DNA of 64,000 bases from Candidatus Aminicenantes bacterium (GCA_017610325.1 JAFCCF010000001.1:12950-76949); one strand, 5' to 3'. Positions 1-10,160 are shown, counted from the stretch's first letter. Made by a program: numbers and translations. Notes: a model not told the origin generated them from the sequence alone.

Positions 1-363
1 GGAAGGCCAAGAGAGTATGGGGGTGAGATATATATTGTGCCCGAGATTGTCAAAAAGGTAAGTAATCTGGCGTGGATAGAAGTTAGGAAGCATGAGCTTG
101 GAGCGTTCAAGGCTGGACCTGCGCAGATGCGTGCGCCTGAACAACAGTCAGAAGAGCAGGTAGTTGAAAAAGTTGTTAGTGGGAAGAGTGAAACTGAACA
201 GATTTATGAACTTATAAAAACACTTGACTTGGGCAATGGTGCTGACCATGAAACTATTGCGGTCAAATCAGGCATTGTAAATCCCGATAAGGTTATCAGC
301 GCCCTTCTGGAACAGGGAGAGATATTTGAGACAAAGCCGGGAAGGCTTAAGGTCTTAGAATAG
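1..363 (+). CDS. OB-fold nucleic-acid-binding protein, RPA32/RPA2-like with C-terminal winged helix (5'-truncated by the window edge)
   Basis: Frame 1 is open from base 1 (GRPREYGGEIYIVPEIVKK), resembling the end of an OB fold. The C-terminus LLEQGEIFETKPGRLKVL resembles the RPA32 C-terminal winged helix. Confidence 0.6.
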   Translation, partial: GRPREYGGEIYIVPEIVKKVSNLAWIEVRKHELGAFKAGPAQMRAPEQQSEEQVVEKVVSGKSETEQIYELIKTLDLGNGADHETIAVKSGIVNPDKVISALLEQGEIFETKPGRLKVLE

Positions 364-436
364 TTCTCTTTGTAGCTGTTATTTGAATGTTTTTCTAAAC
401 GAAGGATTTAAATACCCAACAGAGATTCCCCACCCC

Positions 437-844
437 ATGGATTATGGAAAATTACTTGAAAAAGCAAGGAAGTCGCTGCCTGATGCTGTGCACAGCGCCG
501 AAAGGTTTGAGATACCAAAAGTGATGGGGCATATCCAGGGCAATCGAACTATACTGAGCAATTTTCATCAAATAGCTAATGTTCTGCGCCGCCCACCTGA
601 ACATCTTCTCAAGTATGTGCTCAAACAGCTGGCAACGCCGGGGGAGCTGAAAAGGATGGCTGTAATAATTGGTTCTAAGATGGGCGCGTCAAGGATTAAT
701 GAGGTAATTAGGCAGTATGCAAAGGAGTTTGTTATATGTATTGAATGTGGCAAGCCTGATACTAAGATTGAAAAAGAGGGTAATGTGACCTTTCTCAGGT
801 GCCTTGCATGCGGTGCCCGCAACCCAGTTAGGGCAAAGATATGA
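437..844 (+). CDS. eif2b: Translation initiation factor 2 beta subunit (aIF2-beta)
   Basis: ERFEIP...GNRTILSNF...LRRPPEH, plus a C-terminal Zn ribbon CIECGKPDT...CLACGA. The ATG at 437 lies just downstream of a TATA-like TTTAAATA. Confidence 0.95.
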   Translation: MDYGKLLEKARKSLPDAVHSAERFEIPKVMGHIQGNRTILSNFHQIANVLRRPPEHLLKYVLKQLATPGELKRMAVIIGSKMGASRINEVIRQYAKEFVICIECGKPDTKIEKEGNVTFLRCLACGARNPVRAKI

Positions 845-1137
845 CGATGATTGTTAAGATGCATAAGACGTCAGATAAGAAGCTTGTTCTTGCAGTCTGT
901 GACGGCGACTTGGTAGGTAAGAAGTTTGAGGAAGGAAACAGGGTGCTGGATTTAACTGGGGGATTCTATAAAGGGGATGAGAAATCTGAAGAGGATGTTA
1001 TTAACCTCCTTAAGAAAGCTTATATTGCTAACCTTGTTGGTGAGAACTCTGTCAAGCTTGCTATTAAGGCCGGTTTTGTCAATAAGGATAGTGTCATAGA
1101 AGTCAAGGGGATCCCCCATGCACAAGTGCTGATGTAG
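841..1137 (+). CDS. DUF424 family protein
   Basis: LAVCD..LVGKKFEEG...FYKG...ANLVG..SV..AIKAG...IPHAQ pattern. It typically sits next to aIF2-beta. Confidence 0.85.
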   Translation: MTMIVKMHKTSDKKLVLAVCDGDLVGKKFEEGNRVLDLTGGFYKGDEKSEEDVINLLKKAYIANLVGENSVKLAIKAGFVNKDSVIEVKGIPHAQVLM

Positions 1138-1139
1138 GG

Positions 1140-4100
1140 TTAAAACCAGGCACCAAGGCCAACTTGTTTCTCTTTTTGTTTTCCGAAAACCCCTTCAATC
1201 CTCTGTTTTGTGAGAAGGAGAGTTTGCTTTAGGTATGTAGGTACATCATATTTGTCTGCAAGGCTGAGACTTGGCTCAAGATATTTGACGATGGAGCCTT
1301 CGGAGATGGTAAATATTATCTTCCCGCCGCACCTTGTACACTTTCCAATAAGGGGTGGTCTTCTATATTTCTCATTGCACTTCACGCAGCGGAACTGTTG
1401 CTGTGAGAACTTTCTTAGATTTCCCTTAATATCCCTTAAAAAGTGTTTTTCTATTACAAGCCTCGCAACATCACTTTCGTCAACCGAAATTAGCCTCTCT
1501 GCTATCTGCATCTGGCCTGTCAGCTTTTCCCGCATGCTTGGTAGAATTTTATAGGCTGAGCATTGAACACCATTATTAAAATTTTCAGTGTTGTGGGTAA
1601 ATCCCATCTTCTCATACTGTTTTTCTGTGCCTAATCTGTTGCCAAGTTGTTCGATTTTAATATCCCATGGAAATTTGAATTCTTGGGCTGCCTCGTAAAA
1701 TTCAAGTGAATATTTCCATGCAACGTCCAGGCCGTGAACCATGTCGTCTACCTCCGCAGGTATTAATTTTGTAGTAAGGACCAGTGGACTGTCCATTGTC
1801 CTACTGCCGCGCTTGTCTGGCAGGTATTTACGTGAGAAGTTAATAAATGCGTCCATTAACAACATGACGCAACACTCATCCCCATCACAATCCCTCCTAA
1901 GTGCTGCATGCCACAGTGGGTGTGCAAAGCACCCCTGGGTCTTGGAAAACCCAATTATTCTTCCAATCATCCCCGCTGAGATATGTGGTGCAAGTCCAAT
2001 CATCAGGTGACCTATAAGGTCTCCTTGTTTCCCGAGATTATAATATTTTGGAAGGTTGTATAATTTTTGCAGCATCTCGTCAATGAATTTGGATACTTTA
2101 AAGAGGACTTGGCCTGCGGATTCTTCTGCCGGGTTTTCATATCCAGGTAGTATAACATCCTGCGGCTTCAGCTCAAGTATCTGTTCTGTGTTGGACAATC
2201 CCACGCCATTGATGTCCTTAACATAACCAAGCTCTTTTAACTGCCCAATTGTTGTTCCAATCTCTACTGGTTTAAAATGGGTAATTGGCAACTCAGTCAT
2301 GTCGTACCTAGTGGTTCCGTCTTTGTTAACGTAAATCTCGTTGCTTGCCCTGAGAATCCCCTTGGCAAGGTTTTCAGGCACGTGGTCTTTGTTGCTTGTT
2401 CCCCTAACCCCCTTTATTAGGTCCGGGTATACCTTTGCTTTAATTTTATTAAGCGCATTATCAAAATAGTGCTTGATGTCGATTTCCTTCTTCCTGAACT
2501 GCTGGTTTGGCCCATGCTTTGGACAGGTTTCTGAATCTGTAACACCGCAGTCCCTACAATAGTATTGTTTTTTTGTCTTTTTATCGCATACCTCGCAAAT
2601 CGGGTATATGGTTTCGCGGTTACACTTACTACAATGAAATATTGGGAAATCTCCAGTTATCCTGCCCCGTTCAATCGCAGATTGGAATGACCTTAGTCTA
2701 CCCCCTTCCTCCCCCACTGGAAATAGAATTTGTGGCTGCCCGTCTAATTTTCTCAGTTTGGCTTTCTCAGGCCTGCCCATTCTCGCTCCGATGAATGTAC
2801 CGGATTTATCTCTAATCTTAATTGTAGATATTTGATTCAGGATTTCAAGGGTTGGTTTGTCCTGTTCGCAAAGCTCCTTAATCTTCTCCAGATTAATGTT
2901 TTGTAATAAATATGTAAATAGCGCCAGTGCGTGGTCTCCCTTAATTTCAATGCGGTTGTCTTCATTGATTGTGTGGGGTATGCCTGTTTGTTCCAGTGCA
3001 GTTTTGGTTGGGTTTTCATTCACTATATTAATTTTTGCCGCACCCAAATCTTTTTTTATTACTATTGCTTTATCCAGTGCCACACATAGGTGCAAGAATT
3101 GTTTGGCATTTATGGCGCTCCAGAAAGGGGTATATTCTGGGTGCAAAGGTATGTTAAGCTTCAGGCTCAGGTTGATGGCTGCCCTGGCAGTTAGTTTTAT
3201 CTTTCGTGGGTATTTTAGAATCTTCTCTATATTCTCTTTTGATACTTTTATTAAATCTGATAGTTTGTCTGGGTCAAGTGCCCCAAACAGATTTACTGTT
3301 GCCTTTTCAAGTTCAAGTGCCCACCATTCCTCACAATACCCACACGGCACTAGGCGGTGGCCGTTTTCAGAAAAATCACCGTAACTAACCAGGAGATCGC
3401 CCAAGAATAACACCTTGTCTATTTGATTTAGTATCTGTTTTGTGCTTTCTTCTGTTTTGAGTCTTAGAACGGTGCCGTTTGTGAGTTTAACAATCGGTCC
3501 CTCAATCTCATCACAAGTCGTGATGGCTGTTGCTTTTCCAGGGCGCTCGACCTTTAGTTGTGTGCCAATTGCTATATAATTGTTGAGAACGTATGTTGTC
3601 GCGGGGTTGATTGATGCACTTGAGTAACCAGATACCCTACCTCGCCCGTACCTTAATCTAAAACCACCCTGCCTCATAGGGTGGGATAGTATTGGTCTGC
3701 CAGCCACAAGGTCTGCCAGATATGTATAATTTGGTGTTATCTTTTTTTCTGTCCCCCCTGCCTTATCTGCTGCTTTTTTCCTTTTTTGTATCTCTAATAA
3801 TTCTTTTAAAAAACCCCATTCAAGGTCAAACTCCCCTTTAAACTTTGACATCTTTTTCCATATTTTTGGTGCTTTCTGGGCCAGGCCTTCCGCCATTACA
3901 AGGCACATGCCACCCCTAACCCTGTTTGTTTCAACACGTTCAAGGTCCTTGTAGTTGCTAACTTCAATTGTCTCGGTCGGGTCGCCATTTATTTCCACGG
4001 GGATGTTCTTTGCCAAAAATGCCACTTCTTCTTCGCTTGGGTAGTATTGAAGGTTGGTTACCCGTTCATGATAATCCCGGATCTCTGTGCAATACCTCTT

Positions 4101-4673
4101 TACTTCTTTGTCTGAGGGGTCGTATCTTGCATAGCCGAACTTCCGCCTTATATAATCTGTAATTAATACAGAGAATGCTGCAGCTGTGCCGCCTGCGCCC
4201 CTTATTGGTCCAGCATAGAAACAAGATAGATATTCTTTACCGTCCACCCTTTTTTTAATCTTTAATTCTATAAACCCTTCAATGGGTGCTGCAACAATTC
4301 CACTTGTGCTGTAAGCCATACCCACCCTGATTCCTACTTCCATGGCCTTCTTTTTATCCTCGAACCTGCAGAATTGTTCATTCGCCACTTCCCCGGCGAT
4401 TTTAAGGGCAACCTCCCATGCCTGGGTCCCGTATTCTTTCTCGAGCTCATGTACGCGTTTGATAACCTTGGTGTCTGTCAGTTCGGGGGCGACTGTTGAA
4501 ATCAAGCCAAGCACCCGTTCTGCCATATTCTTAGCAAGGATTATGCCAACTTCAGGCTCCGGGTCAATGTTTTTCTTTCTTGCAGCTGTTGCTACTTTGT
4601 GAGCCTTTGATACCTCTTTCTCAATCTCCTTGAAGTACTTGTCCATTTCCCGGCTTTCTTCTGGCACGTTCAA
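1140..4673 (-). CDS. polC: DNA polymerase D large subunit DP2
   Basis: AGPIRGAGGTA, GGFRLRYGR, GARMGRPEKA, catalytic CDGDE, C-terminal Zn finger and PIP box QVGLGAWF. The exact start is uncertain (TTG 4673 overlaps the DP1 stop; alternative ATG 4646). Confidence 0.98.
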   Translation of the reverse strand: MNVPEESREMDKYFKEIEKEVSKAHKVATAARKKNIDPEPEVGIILAKNMAERVLGLISTVAPELTDTKVIKRVHELEKEYGTQAWEVALKIAGEVANEQFCRFEDKKKAMEVGIRVGMAYSTSGIVAAPIEGFIELKIKKRVDGKEYLSCFYAGPIRGAGGTAAAFSVLITDYIRRKFGYARYDPSDKEVKRYCTEIRDYHERVTNLQYYPSEEEVAFLAKNIPVEINGDPTETIEVSNYKDLERVETNRVRGGMCLVMAEGLAQKAPKIWKKMSKFKGEFDLEWGFLKELLEIQKRKKAADKAGGTEKKITPNYTYLADLVAGRPILSHPMRQGGFRLRYGRGRVSGYSSASINPATTYVLNNYIAIGTQLKVERPGKATAITTCDEIEGPIVKLTNGTVLRLKTEESTKQILNQIDKVLFLGDLLVSYGDFSENGHRLVPCGYCEEWWALELEKATVNLFGALDPDKLSDLIKVSKENIEKILKYPRKIKLTARAAINLSLKLNIPLHPEYTPFWSAINAKQFLHLCVALDKAIVIKKDLGAAKINIVNENPTKTALEQTGIPHTINEDNRIEIKGDHALALFTYLLQNINLEKIKELCEQDKPTLEILNQISTIKIRDKSGTFIGARMGRPEKAKLRKLDGQPQILFPVGEEGGRLRSFQSAIERGRITGDFPIFHCSKCNRETIYPICEVCDKKTKKQYYCRDCGVTDSETCPKHGPNQQFRKKEIDIKHYFDNALNKIKAKVYPDLIKGVRGTSNKDHVPENLAKGILRASNEIYVNKDGTTRYDMTELPITHFKPVEIGTTIGQLKELGYVKDINGVGLSNTEQILELKPQDVILPGYENPAEESAGQVLFKVSKFIDEMLQKLYNLPKYYNLGKQGDLIGHLMIGLAPHISAGMIGRIIGFSKTQGCFAHPLWHAALRRDCDGDECCVMLLMDAFINFSRKYLPDKRGSRTMDSPLVLTTKLIPAEVDDMVHGLDVAWKYSLEFYEAAQEFKFPWDIKIEQLGNRLGTEKQYEKMGFTHNTENFNNGVQCSAYKILPSMREKLTGQMQIAERLISVDESDVARLVIEKHFLRDIKGNLRKFSQQQFRCVKCNEKYRRPPLIGKCTRCGGKIIFTISEGSIVKYLEPSLSLADKYDVPTYLKQTLLLTKQRIEGVFGKQKEKQVGLGAWF

Positions 4674-6256
4674 AACCTCATTATTTTAACTGCCCTGGTC
4701 TTTAGATTCACAACCACCGCCCTAGCTGGCTGTGGTACCAGGCCCATCTTTTCCTGGTAATCTGTTGTGGTGATCCAAGATGATGCATTAATTAGTGTAA
4801 TATTCTTGTAATTGCTTGCGCTTGCGCGATGTATGTGCCCAGTTACAAATAAATCTGGGACCTTGGTGATAATCAAGGGGTCGTAATTGGGTTCTGGTAT
4901 GTAAAGTGAAGATGTCTGGGTTGGGGCCAAGTGCCTCTTTTTCATTAATGCCCCCATTATTAGGTCTACTCTTTCAAGCCCGCCCTTGGAACGTATGCTC
5001 TCAATGGCGTCTGCGTAGTAAGGAAAGCTAAATCCGTGGTATAACAAAATATCAAAGCCAGAAAACCCCTCCTTGGCTCCGATATTCACATAACCTGGGT
5101 TGCTCAAAAGGATTGTGTTGGGGAGTTCCCAAATTGCCTTTGCAAAGTCCTTATCAAGCGGCGGCTGGGGTTCTGAGATACGCATTGCGTCGTGGTTTCC
5201 AGGGCATATAATCATATTAATTCTCTCTGGAACCTGTTTAAGGTACTCTGCAATTCCGTTGTACTGTTCGTATATGTCCGGGACGACAAGATCATTTTCT
5301 TGGTTGGGGTATATCCCAACACCGTCAACAAGATCCCCTAGGACAAAAAGGTATTTCACTTTCTCAGCCATTGTTTTCTGGGTCTTGTTTCCATAGTTAC
5401 TGTTGATCCATTTTATGAAATTCTCAAACCTGTCCTTTAGAAAGTGTTTTGATCCAAAATGGGTGTCCCCAATGAAAACCGCGTATTCTTCCTCGGGCCC
5501 TTTTTTAATCTCTGGGTTATAGGGAACCTCGGGCCAAATGATTTTATTCGCAAACACTATTCGGTCCCCACAACCCCCCACAACCCCTATAACCTCATCA
5601 CGAACTATGTCCCTTGCCTCCTTGTAAAGGTCTGCCTTGTTTTTGTTAACCAAAACCCTTATTTCGCCCGTGGGGTCCTCTAGTGTAATCACAAGATTGT
5701 TGTTCTTTGTTATTTTCAGGTCTTTTACTATCCCAATTAGCGTCACAGTTTCTCTAAGCTTCTTGTTTAATATCCTGACTATAGAGGTTGCCCCGCTTAG
5801 GTCCTCTCTTCCGCTCAAGAGCCTTTCAAGGAACTTGTACCTCTTATTAAACATTGATACAAAATCTTGTACAGTCCTCTTGCCTGACTCTTCCTTATAA
5901 GAAAAAGTTATCTTTACGTCCCCCTTATCTCCGGTTTCTGCCTCTTGTTCGCTCAGCTTGTCCTTTAAGTACCCCATGAAGCGGTGGTACGTGTCCTTGT
6001 GCTTTTCCTTTTCATAGAGGGCCTTTGATTTATCAAATTCAGTCCAATCAAAGTCCGGGTCAGAGGCGCTTAGGACGCTTTTAATCTCTTTTCCAACGAT
6101 GGTGATGTTCTTATCTTTTGTGTTGTCTAGTATATCTTTAAACTCCCCATCGACGCCTATCTCGGTCAATAGGTCTGGTGATATTAATACGTTGTTGTTC
6201 AGGAAGCTTTCCACAATTTCCTTCTTCCTGTGCAGCTGCTCTTCATCTGTTATCAT
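4670..6256 (-). CDS. polB: DNA polymerase D small (proofreading exonuclease) subunit DP1
   Basis: OB fold (LEDPTG) and calcineurin-like phosphoesterase motifs DTHFGS, GDLVDG, PGNHDA, YHG and GHIH. Confidence 0.97.
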   Translation of the reverse strand: MITDEEQLHRKKEIVESFLNNNVLISPDLLTEIGVDGEFKDILDNTKDKNITIVGKEIKSVLSASDPDFDWTEFDKSKALYEKEKHKDTYHRFMGYLKDKLSEQEAETGDKGDVKITFSYKEESGKRTVQDFVSMFNKRYKFLERLLSGREDLSGATSIVRILNKKLRETVTLIGIVKDLKITKNNNLVITLEDPTGEIRVLVNKNKADLYKEARDIVRDEVIGVVGGCGDRIVFANKIIWPEVPYNPEIKKGPEEEYAVFIGDTHFGSKHFLKDRFENFIKWINSNYGNKTQKTMAEKVKYLFVLGDLVDGVGIYPNQENDLVVPDIYEQYNGIAEYLKQVPERINMIICPGNHDAMRISEPQPPLDKDFAKAIWELPNTILLSNPGYVNIGAKEGFSGFDILLYHGFSFPYYADAIESIRSKGGLERVDLIMGALMKKRHLAPTQTSSLYIPEPNYDPLIITKVPDLFVTGHIHRASASNYKNITLINASSWITTTDYQEKMGLVPQPARAVVVNLKTRAVKIMRF

Positions 6257-7461
6257 AGGCCCAGGTTCTCCTTTAAGGTTTTCTTGACTTTCGGAATTAA
6301 TTGTGTTGGAATAAGCAGGTTTACCTCTTTTGTCCTGCCATAACGGCCTTTTGAAACAACGTGGGTATTGATAATCCCAGAAATATCAAACTCAAGTATT
6401 ATGTCCGATACCCTCCTTTGTGTCAGTGGCCTGATTGCTGTCTTTGTACACAGCTCTTTATAAAAGTTGTAGATGCCCCCGGTGCAGATGGCCCGGTTGG
6501 TTTTGTTTGGTGTTTTTAGTATTGAGTAAAGCACAGCGTGGTATTGTTTTGGTTGGGCCATGATAACTTCCATTATTTTGTCTCTCTCAATCTTTTCTAG
6601 TGCTTTGTCTAAATGCTTTATTCTTAGTTTTGGCGCAGTCTCGCGTTCTGCCAGCTCGCCAGCCACCCTAAGCAATTCAAGGGCTCTCCTTGCATCGCCG
6701 TGCCCCCTAGCAGCGTATGCTGCACATTTCTCTATAACTCCTTGGCCCATACATTCTTTTCTAAATGCGAGCTTGGCACGGTTCTTTAAAATGTGCTGGA
6801 GCTGGATTGCGTTATATGGTGCAAACATTATCTCTTCTTCGGAGAGTGAGCTTTTGATTCTTGGATCTAGATTGTCTATGAAAGAAATTTCATTAGATAT
6901 TCCAATTATTGATACATTGGACTGTTCCAATTCGCTGTTTATCCTAGTAAGGTTGTACAGGACTTCATCTCCTGTTTTTTTAACAAGCTGGTCTATCTCA
7001 TCGAGGATTAATATTACCTGTTGTTTTGTTGAATCTATTGAGTTGAAAAACAATCTGTATATTTCCTCTGTTGGTAAGCCGGTTGGGGGGATCTCCTTTC
7101 CAAGTTCGCGGCATAGGTGAGCTAAAAGCCGGTATTCCGTGTCTGCTACCTTTTTTAATTTGCAGTTCACATAGAATATTTGCACAGGTATCTTCTTATT
7201 CTTTGAGACGTTCTTAATCTGTGAGGTAACATAATGAGTACAAAGGGTCTTGCCTGTGCCAGTCTTGCCGTAAATAAATAAGTTAGATGGCTGTTCAAGC
7301 CTAAGGGCCGGAGCAAGTGCGCTAGCCACCTGGTTGATCTCGCCATCCCGGTGTAATATGGCCTCAGGTGTATATGGTGACTGTAACACCTCCCTATTAA
7401 CAAAGAATGGCTTTTTATTAAGGTATTTTTCAAAATAGTTTTCTAGACCCTTTTTTTGCAT
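6253..7461 (-). CDS. cdc6: Orc1/Cdc6 replication initiator
   Basis: Walker A GKTGTGKT, Walker B ILDEID, sensor-2 GDARRAL, and C-terminal winged helix SKGRYGRT. Confidence 0.97.
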   Translation of the reverse strand: MQKKGLENYFEKYLNKKPFFVNREVLQSPYTPEAILHRDGEINQVASALAPALRLEQPSNLFIYGKTGTGKTLCTHYVTSQIKNVSKNKKIPVQIFYVNCKLKKVADTEYRLLAHLCRELGKEIPPTGLPTEEIYRLFFNSIDSTKQQVILILDEIDQLVKKTGDEVLYNLTRINSELEQSNVSIIGISNEISFIDNLDPRIKSSLSEEEIMFAPYNAIQLQHILKNRAKLAFRKECMGQGVIEKCAAYAARGHGDARRALELLRVAGELAERETAPKLRIKHLDKALEKIERDKIMEVIMAQPKQYHAVLYSILKTPNKTNRAICTGGIYNFYKELCTKTAIRPLTQRRVSDIILEFDISGIINTHVVSKGRYGRTKEVNLLIPTQLIPKVKKTLKENLGL

Positions 7462-7519
7462 GTTGGTTCAAAAAGAATGGTTGATATTTAAAGTTTTAGG
7501 TTATTGAGTACCACACACA

Positions 7520-7537
7520 CCCTTGTTTCTTATGGAG
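7520..7537 (-). promoter_or_regulatory. Origin recognition box (ORB), left and inverted copy
   Basis: Minus strand reads CTCCATAAGAAACAAGGG, fitting the ORB pattern TCCAnnnGAAAnnnGGG, immediately upstream of cdc6. Confidence 0.7.
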
Positions 7538-7802
7538 GGGGTTTGGTGTGTTATGGGTGTGGTGCCATTTGTATACTTTAAAATGGGCATTGGGTTGTAT
7601 GTAACATGTTGTATGTTTCTTAATATATATAATTAATAATTGTTTGTTGTCGACTATTATTATATATTATATATTTACTTTCAATATAGATAATAAATAA
7701 TAGATAAGGGTGTTTTTTGAGTCGATGTTTTATTATATATATTACAACATAGATATACGACAACATACCAAGATACACAAACAATCTCTACCCGAAATAT
7801 TT

Positions 7803-7821
7803 TTCCAGTGGAAATAGGGGT
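7803..7821 (+). promoter_or_regulatory. Origin recognition box (ORB), right copy
   Basis: TTCCAGTGGAAATAGGGGT closely matches the canonical archaeal ORB, including the G-string. Confidence 0.85.
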
Positions 7822-7967
7822 CTCACAGACCAAGCAACCAATAACATGTTGATTAGACCAGTACTTTTGTTATTAGTCACTAATAAAAACAAAACTATTT
7901 ATACTATAAGTTTTTAAAACACCCTATAATAAATATAAGAATATATCTTAAAAAGGAGGTTATCTAA

Positions 7968-8195
7968 ATGGTACAAGACCCGTACGTCGCCGTAACATTA
8001 GCAATCATTATTGGAACATTAGCAGCTGTCGTCTACAGCTTAAGAATATTAGTTCTATTGGAAAGGCGAATCGCCAGAATCGATATAAACATTGAAAAAA
8101 TGACCCAGAGGGTAGCTCGGGAAGAGTTAAAGATAGAGAAAGAAGAGCTGAAGATAGAAAATATTTTGGGCAAGAGAAAAAAGAAAAAGAAATAA
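7968..8195 (+). CDS. Small membrane protein with coiled coil and poly-Lys tail
   Basis: Strong SD (AGGAGG), one N-terminal TM helix, EELKIEK repeats and a KRKKKKK end. Confidence 0.8.
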   Translation: MVQDPYVAVTLAIIIGTLAAVVYSLRILVLLERRIARIDINIEKMTQRVAREELKIEKEELKIENILGKRKKKKK

Positions 8196-8215
8196 TTTAT
8201 TTTCTTCTCCCTTAT

Positions 8216-9127
8216 ATGAAAATGGATGTTAAAAGTATCTTGCAGAACATTAAAACTGTGAAGATTCAGGGCGCAGAGGCAGTGGCAAAGGCCTCTGTGA
8301 AGGCTGTGAGGGCAGCAATATACAAATCAAAGGCCAACAGCGTCACCCAATTATATCGGGAACTTACAGAATTAAAAAAAACCCTACTTTCCTTAAGGCC
8401 AACAGAACCGTGCCTGGCAAACACACTCAATTTTATTCTGTTTAACCTAAATATTTTAGATATAATACACCTAAGGTCGCACCTTGACCTGAGGCTTCAT
8501 AAAACAGACGAGCATTTTGAGGAAGCGAATAAGATTATTATTAAATATGGGGTCAAAAAAATCAGAAAAGGAACAGTTGTTTTCACACATTGCCATTCAT
8601 CTACTGTAACAAACATACTTATTGCTGCTAAAAAACAGGGCAAGAAATTTTCCGTTAATAATACAGAAACAAGGCCCCTTCTCCAGGGTAGGATAACTGC
8701 CCGGCAGCTTGCTGGAGCAGGCATCCAAGTAAAACATTATGTTGATAGCGCAACCAGGCTTGCAGTGAGGGGCGCAGACGTGGTGTTATTGGGCGCAGAT
8801 GCAATCACGACAGAGGGCAGAGCGGTTAACAAGATTGGTTCAGAGCTAGTTGCCGAGGTAGCAAACCGGTACGATGTTCCAGTTTATATCTGCACAGACG
8901 CGTGGAAGTTTGACCCCAAAACCATTTTTGGGTTTGAAGTGCCAATTGAGAAACGCCCAAAAAACGAAATTTGGAAAAATCCACCGAAAAACATAACTAT
9001 TGTGAACCCCGCATTTGAGATAATAAATCCCGGGCTTATAACAGGCATAATCTCTGAGCTTGGCGTATACAAACCAGGCATGTTTATAGAAGAAGTTTTG
9101 CACCATTACCCTTGGATGCTCAGGTAA
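8216..9127 (+). CDS. Ribose-1,5-bisphosphate isomerase / eIF-2B-like family protein
   Basis: KIQGA, RPTEP, THCHSSTV, ETRPLLQG, GADAIT and NKIGS motifs. The catalytic Cys and Asp of R15P isomerase are present. Confidence 0.85.
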   Translation: MKMDVKSILQNIKTVKIQGAEAVAKASVKAVRAAIYKSKANSVTQLYRELTELKKTLLSLRPTEPCLANTLNFILFNLNILDIIHLRSHLDLRLHKTDEHFEEANKIIIKYGVKKIRKGTVVFTHCHSSTVTNILIAAKKQGKKFSVNNTETRPLLQGRITARQLAGAGIQVKHYVDSATRLAVRGADVVLLGADAITTEGRAVNKIGSELVAEVANRYDVPVYICTDAWKFDPKTIFGFEVPIEKRPKNEIWKNPPKNITIVNPAFEIINPGLITGIISELGVYKPGMFIEEVLHHYPWMLR

Positions 9128-9617
9128 GGTCCTCCAGGTTCTTAATCTGCTGTTCAATATATTTTATCTTTTCAGAATTATCTTCCTGCTCTGCTGCACC
9201 CCCGCACTCAGGACACTTAAACTGGAGGGTTGTGGCAGTCTCAAAATCAAGCCGGGTACAATTATTTATGCACGAGAAAAACTGAGTTTCAGTCTCACGA
9301 ACAAGCGCCTTCCGAAGTTCTGTAAGGTGTTTTGTGTTAAGGTTGTTGAATAGGTGTTCTACCATGTTGGTGTTAAATTTCCAATAATATACATACCACC
9401 CGCTCTTTTTTTCTCGTTTTTTCATAAAATTTACAAGATTGGCCTCATATAACTTATATAAGAGGGTCCGCGTTTCATTCACCTCCTTATCAATCTTTTT
9501 TGCAAGTTCAAACTCAGAAAGCCTGACTCCCCCTTTTAGGAGAGCTACGAGAGGTACAACATCTTCTCCTACTATTTCTTTTACTACAGTATTAACCAAA
9601 TTAACTCGAGTTTTCAA
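9120..9617 (-). CDS. tfe: Transcription factor E (TFE alpha)
   Basis: Winged helix with TRTLLYKLYE...GWYVYYW and Zn ribbon C..C...FKCPECG. Confidence 0.92.
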   Translation of the reverse strand: MKTRVNLVNTVVKEIVGEDVVPLVALLKGGVRLSEFELAKKIDKEVNETRTLLYKLYEANLVNFMKKREKKSGWYVYYWKFNTNMVEHLFNNLNTKHLTELRKALVRETETQFFSCINNCTRLDFETATTLQFKCPECGGAAEQEDNSEKIKYIEQQIKNLEDLT

Positions 9618-9673
9618 ACTTAACCCCCCTATAATTCTAGGATTTAAAGTTTATAAAACTTATGGTTTTGAAA

Positions 9674-10060
9674 TCACTTTATGATCTCGTCAAGCAACAG
9701 CCCCCGTCTTTTGATTGTTTCAAGAGATACAGAAAAACCACCGTCGGTTTTTTTTAGGTCATCTAATGTAATAAATAACCAGTCGTGTTTTACAAATCTA
9801 ACAGCGACCCAAGGCTCAGCGCCAAATGTTCGTGCGAACACTTTTAACTCTTCGATTTCTCTTCCTTCAAAGTATTTGTTACTGGCTCCAGAAACCTTAC
9901 ACTCAATGGCCAACCTCCGCGTCCCGTTTCCAGCAAGTAGGTCTGGACTCGGGTATTTTGAAGAGCCGCTACCAGCGACCCTGATCACTGCCCAGCCTAG
10001 GGCCCAGAATTTGTGGACCAGGTCGCGCTCAGCATTAATCCCCTTTGATTTATGGCTCAT
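9674..10060 (-). CDS. hjc: Holliday junction resolvase Hjc
   Basis: KGINAEREL-like start, RVAGSG, PDLLAG, IECK. Confidence 0.95.
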   Translation of the reverse strand: MSHKSKGINAERDLVHKFWALGWAVIRVAGSGSSKYPSPDLLAGNGTRRLAIECKVSGASNKYFEGREIEELKVFARTFGAEPWVAVRFVKHDWLFITLDDLKKTDGGFSVSLETIKRRGLLLDEIIK

Positions 10061-10160
10061 GACAATTTAACAGATTCGCTAGAATATAAAACTTTTCAAA
10101 AACACAAGATTTAAATATCACACAACGTTCTCGACATTGTAACATAACAGGTGACAAATT

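Larger units (their letters stand above)
7462..7967. other. Probable chromosomal replication origin (oriC) with AT-rich DUE at ~7615-7745
   Basis: 500-bp non-coding gap upstream of cdc6-DP1-DP2, with an AT-rich core flanked by two ORB boxes in opposite orientation. Confidence 0.85.

Noticed and set aside
1140..7461. Inteins or inactivation in DP2 or Cdc6
   Set aside because: Lengths are normal and no intein motifs are visible. The DP2 variant RRDCDGDEC keeps both catalytic Asp residues.
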